Source: Elusimicrobiaceae bacterium (GTDB lineage: Bacteria > Elusimicrobiota > Elusimicrobia > Elusimicrobiales > Elusimicrobiaceae). Taken from it: a stretch of DNA of 52,175 nucleotides. Position numbers and translations under genes: made by a program. The stretch spans positions 1-52,175 of the forward strand of contig JAVBQE010000031.1 of the NCBI GenBank assembly GCA_031549165.1, written 5' to 3'. The notes below the pieces were generated by a model that saw nothing but the letters and a program-made list of their open reading frames with translations, made no database searches and was not told the DNA's origin. Of this stretch, positions 1 to 8,654 are shown piece after piece; position 1 is the stretch's first letter, and each line of letters begins with the position of its first letter.

Positions 1-269
1 AGTTTAGACGGCTCCGCCACCTGCGCTCCGTTAATATTTACTTCCTTAAACCAGCCGCTGGCTAAGGCGCGGACATTTATTTCGCGCGAAAGGAGCGACG
101 GCTTTGACACTACGGCAAACCTTATATTTTTAACCTCGCTCGTAAGCGCCAGGCCGAACATTACAAGCTGCACTACCGGGATAAAAAAGATAGCCATTAT
201 CATCTTTTTATCTCTAAAGATTTGTATAAATTCTTTTTCTATAAGGCCTCCTAAAACTTTTAATCTCAT
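1..269 (-). CDS. ABC-2 type transporter permease (YbhR-like), runs off the left end of the window
   Basis: Manual translation from the ATG at 269, which overlaps the stop of the upstream permease: MRLKVLGGLIEKEFIQIFRDKRMIMAIFFIPVVQLVMFGLAL, the typical KE..Q..RD N-terminus. Confidence 0.88.
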   Translation of the reverse strand, partial: MRLKVLGGLIEKEFIQIFRDKKMIMAIFFIPVVQLVMFGLALTSEVKNIRFAVVSKPSLLSREINVRALASGWFKEVNINGAQVAEPSK

Positions 270-1363
270 GGTTCCACGTCCGTTTTAAATTTTTTAATGG
301 CCGCCACAACCATAACGCAGGCAAAAAGAGTAATACCTAAAAACGGCTCCCACAAAGCGCCCGGCCCGGCGTCGCTGAGGAACAGGCTGCGGCTTATATT
401 TAAATACCACCTTTGCGGAAACAGCATAGTAAAATACCTAAAAAACAAAGGCATGTTTTCCACCGGAAAAATAAATCCCGAGAAGATGAAAGACGGCAAA
501 AGCCCCACCGCAAAAGCAAACTGTATAGCCGGCTGCTGAGCGCGCGTAACAACCGATATCACAAGCCCCAAAGCCAGCGCGCCCACAATATAAATACAGC
601 AAGCGGCGAGAAATAAAATAAAACTGCCCAGAAAAGGTATCTTAAATACCATAAGCGACAGGCAGAACACAAGCATAATATCAAAAAGCGTCAGTGCGAA
701 ATAAGGCGTAAGCTTACCCAGCACAATCTCCGCCGGGCTGACGGGCGTGGAAAGCAGCAGCTCCATGCTCCCGTTCTCCCACTCCTTAGCCACGGTAAGC
801 GCGGTTAAAAGAATAGCCAGAAAGCCTATTATAATAGTGTTAAGCGCAGGCACGATAAACCAGCGGCTGTTAAGCTCCGGGTTAAAAAGAAAGCGCGTCC
901 TAACAATGTCCTGCGGGAAATTTGTAAATTTTTGCAGCGCAAGCGTCATATAGCTTAAAGTAATGCCGGACTTTGTGTTGTCCGAGCCGTCCAACATCAG
1001 CTGCATCTGCGCAGGGTGGTCCGGGTCCATGCGCTGTATATTTTTGCCAAAACCTTTTTTGATGATAAGCAGCGAGCCCGTGTCGTTTTTTGCAAGCGCG
1101 CCTTCGGCCTGCAGCATGCCGTGCTCCGGCATTAAATCAAAGTAACCCGAAGAGGAAATTTCTGTCAAAAATCTCCTTGACTCGGAGGTTTGGTCATTAT
1201 CGCGCACGCTTACATGCATGTGTTTATAGTCCAGGTCAATTACAAAACCAAAGAAGCCTACAAACACCATCGGCAAAACAAGCGTAACCGTCAGAGTAAA
1301 AGGGTCGCGCAAAATATGCTTATATTCTTTGAGCGCTATGGAGCGCATGCGGCGCAGGTTCAT
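266..1363 (-). CDS. ABC-2 type transporter permease (YbhS-like)
   Basis: KEYKHILRDP start, FNPELNSRWFIVP, AKEWENGSMELLLSTP, SGFIFPVENMP; several TM segments. Confidence 0.92.
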   Translation of the reverse strand: MNLRRMRSIALKEYKHILRDPFTLTVTLVLPMVFVGFFGFVIDLDYKHMHVSVRDNDQTSESRRFLTEISSSGYFDLMPEHGMLQAEGALAKNDTGSLLIIKKGFGKNIQRMDPDHPAQMQLMLDGSDNTKSGITLSYMTLALQKFTNFPQDIVRTRFLFNPELNSRWFIVPALNTIIIGFLAILLTALTVAKEWENGSMELLLSTPVSPAEIVLGKLTPYFALTLFDIMLVFCLSLMVFKIPFLGSFILFLAACCIYIVGALALGLVISVVTRAQQPAIQFAFAVGLLPSFIFSGFIFPVENMPLFFRYFTMLFPQRWYLNISRSLFLSDAGPGALWEPFLGITLFACVMVVAAIKKFKTDVEP

Positions 1364-2100
1364 TTCCGCCCTCCCAGCGCGCTTAGGAAAACCTCTTCTA
1401 AGTTTGCAGCTTTATATGTTTGTTTAAGTTTTTCAGGCGTATCCAGGGCGATAATTTTGCCCTGCTCCATCAGCACTATGCGCGCGCAATATTCGGCCTC
1501 GTCCATATAATGCGTGGTTACAAAAACTGTTTTGCCCTGCGCGGCCAGCGCACGGATGAGCGCCCAAAAATCCTCCCTCGTTTTAGGCGAAGTGCCGGCC
1601 GTCGGTTCGTCAAGGAAAATAAGCGCGGGATTATGCAGCAGCGTGGCTGATAGCGCTACCATCTGCTTAACGCCGCCTGAGAGATTTTTTACTGTTTCGT
1701 CCGTATTTTCTTTAAGACTGATAAATTTAAAAAGCTCTGCCGCGCGGGCTTTAATGTCCGCGCGCGACATGTTGTAGAGGCTGCCTGCAAAGTACATATT
1801 TTCCATAACAGTTAAGTCCGGGTAAAGCGTAAATTTTTGGGACATGTAGCCGATGTGCGGTTTTAAAACTGAGGTGCTGTTTGAAACGTTTTCCCCGTTT
1901 ACAAATACGCTGCCCGCCGTCGGGTTTAAAATGCCGCATATGGTGCGGATGGTGGTGGTTTTGCCCGCGCCGTTAGCGCCTAAAAAGCCGAAGATTTCCC
2001 CCCTTTTAACCTCAAAAGAAATATCATCCACAGCCTTAAAGGAGCCAAAGGCGACTGTTAAATTTTTAACCTCTATGATATTTTCATTTGTATGATTCAT
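1360..2100 (-). CDS. ABC transporter ATP-binding protein (resembles second NBD of YbhF)
   Basis: Walker A GANGAGKT, signature LSGG, Walker B IFLDEP, H-loop TTHYMDEAE. Confidence 0.95.
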   Translation of the reverse strand: MNHTNENIIEVKNLTVAFGSFKAVDDISFEVKRGEIFGFLGANGAGKTTTIRTICGILNPTAGSVFVNGENVSNSTSVLKPHIGYMSQKFTLYPDLTVMENMYFAGSLYNMSRADIKARAAELFKFISLKENTDETVKNLSGGVKQMVALSATLLHNPALIFLDEPTAGTSPKTREDFWALIRALAAQGKTVFVTTHYMDEAEYCARIVLMEQGKIIALDTPEKLKQTYKAANLEEVFLSALGGRK

Positions 2101-2108
2101 ATAATTTG

Positions 2109-2228
2109 TGTCATTGCGAGGGCGTAGCCCGCGGCAATCTCCCGCTTATTGCTGTTCGTCTTTACGGCCGTAAGCGGGGGATTGCCGCGCGCCTGCCCAG
2201 AGCGCAGCGTGGGGTCGCTCGCAATGAC
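2109..2228. repeat. Palindromic element, TGTCATTGCGAG...CTCGCAATGAC subfamily; overlaps the 3' end of the ABC ATPase gene
   Basis: Terminal inverted repeats plus internal CGGCAATC/GATTGCCG pair; homologous to 7353, 40690 and 45729. Confidence 0.9.
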
Positions 2229-2940
2229 GGCTCTTTTTATTATCTGTTTTCATTTTTAAAAATATTTCGGCGAAGTTTTTTATTTTAAATTTTTCTTTAA
2301 GCTCCGCTGGTTTTCCCGCCGCCAGCGCGCGCCCTTCGTCCAGCACAAGCAGTTTGCTCGCGCGCTCGGCCTCGTCCATATAAGAGGTGCTGATTATTAC
2401 CGTCATTTCTTTACCCGCAAATTTGTAAATAAGCTCCCATAATTGCCGCCTGCTCACAGGGTCCACGCCTATAGTCGGCTCATCCAGCAAAAGCAGCTGG
2501 GGGCGGTTTAGCAGCACGCACATGAGGCCTAGTTTTTTATACATCCCGCCGGAGAGCTTGCCTGCGGGACGCTCTTTAAAGTCGGCCATGCCTGTTATGT
2601 TAAAAAGTTCTTCGGCGTGCGAGGTAAAATCTTTTTGGTTAATATCGTACATATCTCTAAAAAATTCCATATGCTCCATACAGCTTAAGTCCGGGTACAA
2701 ACTGGGCTCCTGCGGAAAATAGGCGGTGTACTTTTTGGCGTTTTCTGTATTAAATGTTACGCTGCCGCTGTCCGCTTTTAGAAGGCCCGCGAGTATACGC
2801 ATAAGCGTGGTTTTGCCCGCGCCGTTGGGGCCGATGATACCATGCACAAGGCCTGCCTCAAAAACACATGTGAGCGCACTTAAAGCCTGGGCGGGGCCCA
2901 TCTTTTTACTCACATTTTCAAGGCGGGCTTCTATTGCCAT
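2146..2940 (-). CDS. ABC transporter ATP-binding protein (resembles first NBD of YbhF)
   Basis: GPNGAGKT, LSGGMYKKLGL, LLLDEPTIGVDP, STSYMDEAE; the last ~27 aa derive from the palindromic repeat. Confidence 0.93.
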   Translation of the reverse strand: MAIEARLENVSKKMGPAQALSALTCVFEAGLVHGIIGPNGAGKTTLMRILAGLLKADSGSVTFNTENAKKYTAYFPQEPSLYPDLSCMEHMEFFRDMYDINQKDFTSHAEELFNITGMADFKERPAGKLSGGMYKKLGLMCVLLNRPQLLLLDEPTIGVDPVSRRQLWELIYKFAGKEMTVIISTSYMDEAERASKLLVLDEGRALAAGKPAELKEKFKIKNFAEIFLKMKTDNKKSRHCERPHAALWAGARQSPAYGRKDEQQ

Positions 2941-3659
2941 TAAAAGTCTACCTCCAGCGTCATGCCGGGTTTTAAAGTTAACTGTGCGTCGTTTTTAAAA
3001 CGCGTTTTTACGCCGAACACAAGGCGCTCACGCTCGCTTCTGGTCTGCACGTTTTTAGGCGTAAATTCAGCTTCATCATTAACGGTTAAGATAACGCCTT
3101 CAAAGCTTTGCCCCGTTTCGGGCAAAGTGCCTTTTACTGTTTGCCCGAAGGAAAGAGAGGCTATTTTGTTGTGCTCCACATAAACCCACGCGTCCACGCT
3201 TCTAAGGTCGGCCACAGTGGCAAGTTTGCGCCCGGCGGAAATAAACTCCCCCTGCTCGTAATATTTATAGAGCACTTTGCCGTCTATGGGGCTCAAAATA
3301 TCGCACCATTCTTTGGCAAGGGCGGCATTGTCAAAAAGGTTCTTTCTGTAGTCATAATTTTCTTTGGAGCCGGCGCTTGTTTTGAGCAAACTTTCCGCTC
3401 TTTTAAATTCCTTCTGGGCAATATCATAGTTAAGCGCGGTTTGTTTACACTCAAGCCGGGCCAGCGCCATGCCTTGCGTTACTGCGCTGCCTTCGTCTAT
3501 ATTAAGCTGTGTGATAACGTCATTTAGGCGCGAGGGCACGTCTATCTCCACCGCTTCCACCACGCCGCTGTAAGCAAACGGCGTGTGCCTGAAAAATATA
3601 AGGCTTGCCGCAACCAGGATTAGTAAAATTACTACCGCTAAAATGGCTATCTTTTTCAT
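2940..3659 (-). CDS. HlyD-family periplasmic adaptor (YbhG-like)
   Basis: N-terminal TM, SPIDGKV lipoyl half-motif, AEFTPKNVQT motif, LKPGM. Confidence 0.92.
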   Translation of the reverse strand: MKKIAILAVVILLILVAASLIFFRHTPFAYSGVVEAVEIDVPSRLNDVITQLNIDEGSAVTQGMALARLECKQTALNYDIAQKEFKRAESLLKTSAGSKENYDYRKNLFDNAALAKEWCDILSPIDGKVLYKYYEQGEFISAGRKLATVADLRSVDAWVYVEHNKIASLSFGQTVKGTLPETGQSFEGVILTVNDEAEFTPKNVQTRSERERLVFGVKTRFKNDAQLTLKPGMTLEVDF

Positions 3660-4984
3660 TTATCACCTCTTCCTAAATTGTCAATAACGGCTAAACGGTT
3701 TAACTGCTCTATGTAAATATCTGCCAAAGAAATTTTGCTTTCCAGCAGGCTTACGTTTGCGCTGTCCACTTCTAAGAATGTTAGCGTGCCCGCTTTGTAG
3801 GCGTCGTAAGTAAGTTTGGCGGAGGTGTTGGAGGCGTCTATCATTTGTTTGGTAAGCGCGGTTTGTTTAAGCAGTACTTCAAACACGCTTTTAGAAGAAT
3901 AGAAAAGTTTTTTAAGGCTGTCCAAAGTGTCTGACTTTTGAAACTCCATAGACTCGCCCTGCGCGCTCTGCGCGCTTGCGAGGCTGCGCGTTTTGCTGCC
4001 TTCAAAAAGCGGGAATGTTAAGTACGCCCCCGCGCGGGCGAGCAGCACGTGCTCTTTTATCGGCCCGTTGGGGTATTCCGCATATCCGCCGCCGGAGAGG
4101 GCGATTGTGGGGTATAAAGAAGAGCCCATGCTCTGCGCTAAATATTTGTAATAGTCCGCCATGTGCGCGATGGAAGTTATTTTAGAGGAGTTTTCGTCAA
4201 AATCAAAAGTGTAATACTTTAAAAACAGCGCAAGCGTTTGCTCCAGCGGGTCTGCCTTAATAAGCGTGCTGGCGTTATCTTCACTCACACGCCAGTCGGA
4301 CGGATAAGACGGGTTGAGGCCGTAGTCTGTGCCGGTAAGGCGGAAGAGTTCTCTTAAATTCACGCCGAGAGCGGAGCGGGCGGAAGTTAAATTTATCTGC
4401 GCCCTCAGCTCCTGTTTTTGCGCCATAGACACGTCTAAATTACTTTTGGAGCCTGCCTTAAAAGCGGAGTTGACGTCTTGCAGCTGGCGACGCGCAAGCG
4501 CTAATTGCTCAGACGATAAATAAATACGCTCCAAACTTTGCTGCACAGCAAAGTACGCCTGGCGCACGTTTAGGACAAGGCCCTTTTTGGCAAACTCGTA
4601 TTCATCCTGCGCACTGGCTAGTGCGGAGGCAGCGCTCTTTTCACTCCCGCTTCTGCCTTTATAATCAAAGAGTATATAGTTAATTTCCGGCCCCACGCTG
4701 TAGCCCCAGTTATCGCCGAAACTCTGCGTAATATTCATAATTTGCAACTCGGGCACTTCGCTAACCCATGTGCCGCGCGCCACAAAGTCTATAGACGGGT
4801 AATAGGCGGACTTGCTGGCAGTCTCGCTAAACTTAGCGCTCTTCACCTGCGCGCCCAGCGCTGAAAGCGAGGGCGAATAAAGAAGCGCGTCCTCAGTGCA
4901 GCGCGTTAAACTAAGTTCCTTAATTTCCGCCGCGTTTATAAAAAGCGGCAGAGTTAGTACAAATATAGTTAATATTATTTTCAT
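3656..4984 (-). CDS. TolC-family outer membrane efflux protein
   Basis: Signal peptide, two-repeat OEP pattern (YYPSI.../LYPTI..., FPLFEG, YKAGTLTFLEV); first gene of the efflux operon. Confidence 0.88.
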   Translation of the reverse strand: MKIILTIFVLTLPLFINAAEIKELSLTRCTEDALLYSPSLSALGAQVKSAKFSETASKSAYYPSIDFVARGTWVSEVPELQIMNITQSFGDNWGYSVGPEINYILFDYKGRSGSEKSAASALASAQDEYEFAKKGLVLNVRQAYFAVQQSLERIYLSSEQLALARRQLQDVNSAFKAGSKSNLDVSMAQKQELRAQINLTSARSALGVNLRELFRLTGTDYGLNPSYPSDWRVSEDNASTLIKADPLEQTLALFLKYYTFDFDENSSKITSIAHMADYYKYLAQSMGSSLYPTIALSGGGYAEYPNGPIKEHVLLARAGAYLTFPLFEGSKTRSLASAQSAQGESMEFQKSDTLDSLKKLFYSSKSVFEVLLKQTALTKQMIDASNTSAKLTYDAYKAGTLTFLEVDSANVSLLESKISLADIYIEQLNRLAVIDNLGRGDK

Positions 4985-5016
4985 AAGGCTTTCCCACTAT
5001 AATATATAATATTTCT

Positions 5017-6654
5017 ATGAAGAAATTTATTGCTAAATTACATATAAAGAGCCACTGGCTTATATTAATCGCCTCTCTCTATTTTGCGTTTGTTTTAAAC
5101 TGTAGTTTTTGGCGTTATGTGCTGTTAAATATTGAGATTACCAACTTCAGCGTGGCGCTGTTTGCCTTCTCTCTGCTGTTCTTTATCTTTGTGCCGGTGT
5201 ATATTGCTTTTAACCTGCTATGCCAGCCGTATATCACTAAACCTGTGCTTATAACCCTTCTGCTGATATCTGCGGGCACAAACTACCTTATGTTTAAGTA
5301 CGGCGTATATATAGACGCGGACATGATAAGAAACACCTTTGAAACTAATATGCGCGAAGCCTCGGACTTTCTTACATGGCCGAGCGCGCTGTGCTTCTTT
5401 TTTACCGGGCTTGTCCCCGCCGTGCTTTTGGCTTTAACAAAAATAACTTACGCGCCGTTTTGGACGGAAGTTAAAAGGCGCACTATATATTCGTTAGCCG
5501 CGCTGTTTTCACTGGGCGTGCTGGGCGGAGCCTCTTACAAAGAGTACGCGGCCTTTGGCCGTAACCACAGGGACACGCGCCGCCTTATTAATACCGGCAA
5601 CTACCTCTACGCTACCATGCGCTATTTCCAGATAAAGGCACGCTCCAAAAGAGTGTTTGAAACGCTGGACACAGAGGCTAAACATATGCCCTATGAAGAC
5701 GCGGCCCTTACGGTACTCATCTTTGTCCTAGGCGAAACCGCGCGCGCCAAAAACTTTTCGCTCTACGGTTACGAACGCGATACCAACCCGCTGCTCGCCA
5801 AAGAAGACATTGCCGTTTTTAAAGACGTAACTTCCTGCGGCACCGCAACAGCCGTGTCCGTGCCGTGCATATTTTCAAACATCAACAGGCCGGAGTTTAA
5901 CGCGGACGACGCTAAGTTTGTAGAAAATTTAGCAGACCTGGCCCACAACACAGGCTACGAAGTGCTTTGGCTGGAAAATGACGACGGCTGCAAAGGCGTG
6001 TGCTCGCGCATTACAACCGAAAACATGGTGGAAATTAATAACCCCAAATATTGTGACGGCACCTATTGTAAAGATGAAGTGCTTACGTATAATTTGGAAG
6101 AGCGCCTTAGCAAAATTACCAAAGACACATTTATAATATTGCACACCATGGGTTCGCACGGGCCGACATATTATAAGCGCTACCCGGACGCGTTTAAAAA
6201 GTTTACCCCCACCTGCGACAGCGCTGACATACAAAACTGCTCTCTGGACGCTATCAAAAACACCTACGACAACACTATTTTGTATACCGACTACATAGTG
6301 TCCGGCGTAATAAACACGGTAAAGAAATTTCCTAAGCTGGAGGCGGGTGTTTTTTATGTGTCTGACCACGGGGAGTCTCTGGGTGAAAACAACATGTACC
6401 TGCATGGTTTTCCTTACAAAATAGCGCCCAAAGAACAAACCAAAGTACCCATGATAATGTGGATGAATGAGAACATGAAAAAGTTTGACCATATAGATTA
6501 TGCCTGCCTTAAAGAGAACGCGCAAAAAGGCATTTACACGCATGACAATATTTTCCATTCCATGATAGGCCTTTTGGAAATAAAAAGTAAAACTTACAAA
6601 AAGGAAGAGGATATGTTCTCCATTTGCAGAACAAAAGAACTGCCTGGATACTAA
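5017..6654 (+). CDS. eptA: Lipid A phosphoethanolamine transferase (EptA/MCR family)
   Basis: About 5 N-terminal TMs; GETARA, SCGTATAVSVPC (catalytic Thr), HTMGSHGP, YDNTILYTD, SDHGESLGE, LHG. Confidence 0.93.
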   Translation: MKKFIAKLHIKSHWLILIASLYFAFVLNCSFWRYVLLNIEITNFSVALFAFSLLFFIFVPVYIAFNLLCQPYITKPVLITLLLISAGTNYLMFKYGVYIDADMIRNTFETNMREASDFLTWPSALCFFFTGLVPAVLLALTKITYAPFWTEVKRRTIYSLAALFSLGVLGGASYKEYAAFGRNHRDTRRLINTGNYLYATMRYFQIKARSKRVFETLDTEAKHMPYEDAALTVLIFVLGETARAKNFSLYGYERDTNPLLAKEDIAVFKDVTSCGTATAVSVPCIFSNINRPEFNADDAKFVENLADLAHNTGYEVLWLENDDGCKGVCSRITTENMVEINNPKYCDGTYCKDEVLTYNLEERLSKITKDTFIILHTMGSHGPTYYKRYPDAFKKFTPTCDSADIQNCSLDAIKNTYDNTILYTDYIVSGVINTVKKFPKLEAGVFYVSDHGESLGENNMYLHGFPYKIAPKEQTKVPMIMWMNENMKKFDHIDYACLKENAQKGIYTHDNIFHSMIGLLEIKSKTYKKEEDMFSICRTKELPGY

Positions 6655-6655
6655 G

Positions 6656-7342
6656 ATGCCAAATAAAAAAATCAAAATACTAAAAAACGGGCCATATCAG
6701 GTAAGCGGAAATGTCCCTTTAAAAGAAAATATTATTGAGCCCGGGCCGGACGGCATTTCCAGAGAATGGGGCACCGGCAAAACCTACCCGGGCACGGACG
6801 CAACGTACCACCTCTGCCGCTGCGGACATTCCAAAAACAAACCGTTCTGTGACGGCGTTCATTTAAAAACCAAATTTAATTGTGAAGAAACCGCCGGGCA
6901 TATCCCCTTTGATGAAGCCGCCGCCTTAAAAATAGGCGCGGCGGTGGATTTACTGGATAACGAAAGTCTATGCGCCGTAGCGCGCTTCTGTGACCGTGGG
7001 GCGCAGGTGTGGGGGCTTATTGAAGATTCGGACAAAGAATCCGTGGCTCTTGCCATTGATGAAGCGTGCAAATGCCCGACAGGCAGGCTGGTTATCGTCA
7101 CAAAAGACGGCAAGAGAATTGAGCCGGAACTTAAAAAAGAAATAGGCGCAGTGTATGACCCGGTTAAGAATTGTTTAGGCCCGCTGTGGGTAAAAGGCGG
7201 CATAGAAATAGAAGGCGCGGACGGCGTAAAATACGAAGTAAGAAACAGAGTAACGCTATGCCGCTGCGGCCAAAGCTCCAACATGCCCTTCTGCGACGCG
7301 AGCCATTTGGTCTGCCCTCATATGAGGGTGAAAGGCGGGTAA
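6656..7342 (+). CDS. CDGSH iron-sulfur domain protein (two CDGSH motifs flanking a divergent ferredoxin-like domain)
   Basis: CRCGHSKNKPFCDGVH and CRCGQSSNMPFCDASH; central LCAVARFC...CKCPTG. Confidence 0.92.
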   Translation: MPNKKIKILKNGPYQVSGNVPLKENIIEPGPDGISREWGTGKTYPGTDATYHLCRCGHSKNKPFCDGVHLKTKFNCEETAGHIPFDEAAALKIGAAVDLLDNESLCAVARFCDRGAQVWGLIEDSDKESVALAIDEACKCPTGRLVIVTKDGKRIEPELKKEIGAVYDPVKNCLGPLWVKGGIEIEGADGVKYEVRNRVTLCRCGQSSNMPFCDASHLVCPHMRVKGG

Positions 7343-7352
7343 AGCTTGAGGC

Positions 7353-7440
7353 TTGTCCTTGCGAGCGGAGCGCGGAAATCTACCTCTTAAAGCTGTAAAA
7401 ACATTAGTGGAAAATTGCCGTGCTCCGCTCGCAATGACAA
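7353..7440. repeat. Palindromic element, GTCATTGCGAG subfamily
   Basis: TTGTCCTTGCGAGCGGAGC...GCTCCGCTCGCAATGACAA inverted termini. Confidence 0.85.
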
Positions 7441-7454
7441 CATTTTTTATATAT

Positions 7455-7486
7455 AAAAACTCCTCCCGGTGGGGAGGAGTTTTTTG
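7455..7486. terminator. Bidirectional intrinsic terminator
   Basis: AAAAACTCCTCCC-GGTG-GGGAGGAGTTTTTT between convergent genes. Confidence 0.85.
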
Positions 7487-7509
7487 TTTTGTTTTAAATA
7501 ATGCTTAGA

Positions 7510-8124
7510 TTATTTGTAGAAGTCTTTCCAGCTGCCGGCTTCTTCTTTGGCGGCTTTTTTAGCATCTGCGGCGGCCTTTTTGGCATCGGCTTCTTGGGCT
7601 TTTGCGTCTGCTTTAGCTTTTTCTGCAGCAGCTTTAGCGTCTGCTTTAGACTTTTCGGAGGCGGCTTTCTGCTCGTCTGCTTTGGCTTTGGCCTGGGCTT
7701 TAGCATCGCTTACCTGCTTTTTGCCGTCAGCTTTTACATCGGAAACTTTTTTCTTAGCGTCGGCCTGGGCGTCTTTGCCAGCTTTTTTGGCTTCGTCACG
7801 TTTGGCTTTGGCAGCGGCTTTTTGCTCATCGGTCATGTTTTCAGCTTTCTTTTTCATGTCTTTGCCGGACTTTTTCGCCTCTTCAGCCTTTGCTTTGGCG
7901 GCGGCCTTCTGCTCGGCGCTCATGCTTTCGGCTTTCTTTTTAGCGTCGGCCTGTTTTTTGGCTGCGGCTTCTTTGTTTGCGGCTGCTTTGGTTTTGGCGT
8001 CAGAAACAGCGGTGTTTGCATTTGCGCTGGCAGTGTTTGCTGTGTTAAGCGCGTTGGTAACTACCTGGGCATTTGCGGCGGCCGCAAAAGCTAATAAAGA
8101 TACTAATACTAGTGTTTTTTTCAT
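7510..8124 (-). CDS. Secreted Ala/Lys-rich low-complexity helical protein (LEA/TolA-like composition)
   Basis: RBS GGAG, signal peptide MKKTLVLVSLLAFAAAANA, internal duplication KKAESMSAEQKAAAKAK / KKAENMTDEQKAAAKAK. Confidence 0.85.
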   Translation of the reverse strand: MKKTLVLVSLLAFAAAANAQVVTNALNTANTASANANTAVSDAKTKAAANKEAAAKKQADAKKKAESMSAEQKAAAKAKAEEAKKSGKDMKKKAENMTDEQKAAAKAKRDEAKKAGKDAQADAKKKVSDVKADGKKQVSDAKAQAKAKADEQKAASEKSKADAKAAAEKAKADAKAQEADAKKAAADAKKAAKEEAGSWKDFYK

Positions 8125-8234
8125 TTATTGATTCTCCATTTAGTGCTACAGTTTTATTTTACAATTTTAAAACGCGGCGCAAACACTTTTTATTGCATTA
8201 CGTGCAGAAAATTACTATATTAATAATAATCATT

Positions 8235-8654
8235 ATGTCTATCAAGATTATTAAGCAATACAGCGTATTCCTGACGAACGAGCCCGGCGCACTGGCTAAG
8301 TTTATGGATTTATTTGTAAAAGAGAATATAAACATAATAGCCATCTCCCAGGACGTGCGTTATGACGCGGCTGTAGTAAGAATAGCCGTAGAAACGCAGG
8401 ATAATGACAATGTAAGCCACGCCATCACCAAAGCAGGCTTCACCACGGTTAAAACAGACGCAATTTCCCTTGAAGTAGAAGACCGCGTGGGCGTATTAAG
8501 CGACGTGGGCCACGTGCTTGCAGGCGCGGGCATAAACATAATCTCCGTTTACGGCTCCGTGCCGGACAAGGCAACCTCGCGCATGATACTGGTGGTCAAT
8601 GACATCCCGCGCGCGGTGGCGGCATTAGAAAAGTCCGAAAAATTTAAATTATGA
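8235..8654 (+). CDS. Tandem ACT-domain protein
   Basis: KQYSVFLTNEPGALAK and EDRVGVLSDV...AGINI; start reassigned to the ATG at 8235. Confidence 0.88.
   Translation: MSIKIIKQYSVFLTNEPGALAKFMDLFVKENINIIAISQDVRYDAAVVRIAVETQDNDNVSHAITKAGFTTVKTDAISLEVEDRVGVLSDVGHVLAGAGINIISVYGSVPDKATSRMILVVNDIPRAVAALEKSEKFKL

Noticed and set aside
5017-6654. Mobile mcr colistin-resistance gene
   Set aside because: There is no flanking IS and the codon style matches the chromosome, so it is best read as a native eptA.
5929-6675. 248 aa antisense ORF over eptA, and other long antisense ORFs over mfd, prfA and the exonuclease
   Set aside because: They lie opposite well-supported conserved genes and have no motifs; this is a codon-bias artefact.
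7494-8131. Long alternative-frame ORFs 7501..8094, 7547..8131 and 7494..7706
   Set aside because: They are shadows of the low-complexity Ala/Lys gene; only 7510..8124 has an RBS and a signal peptide.
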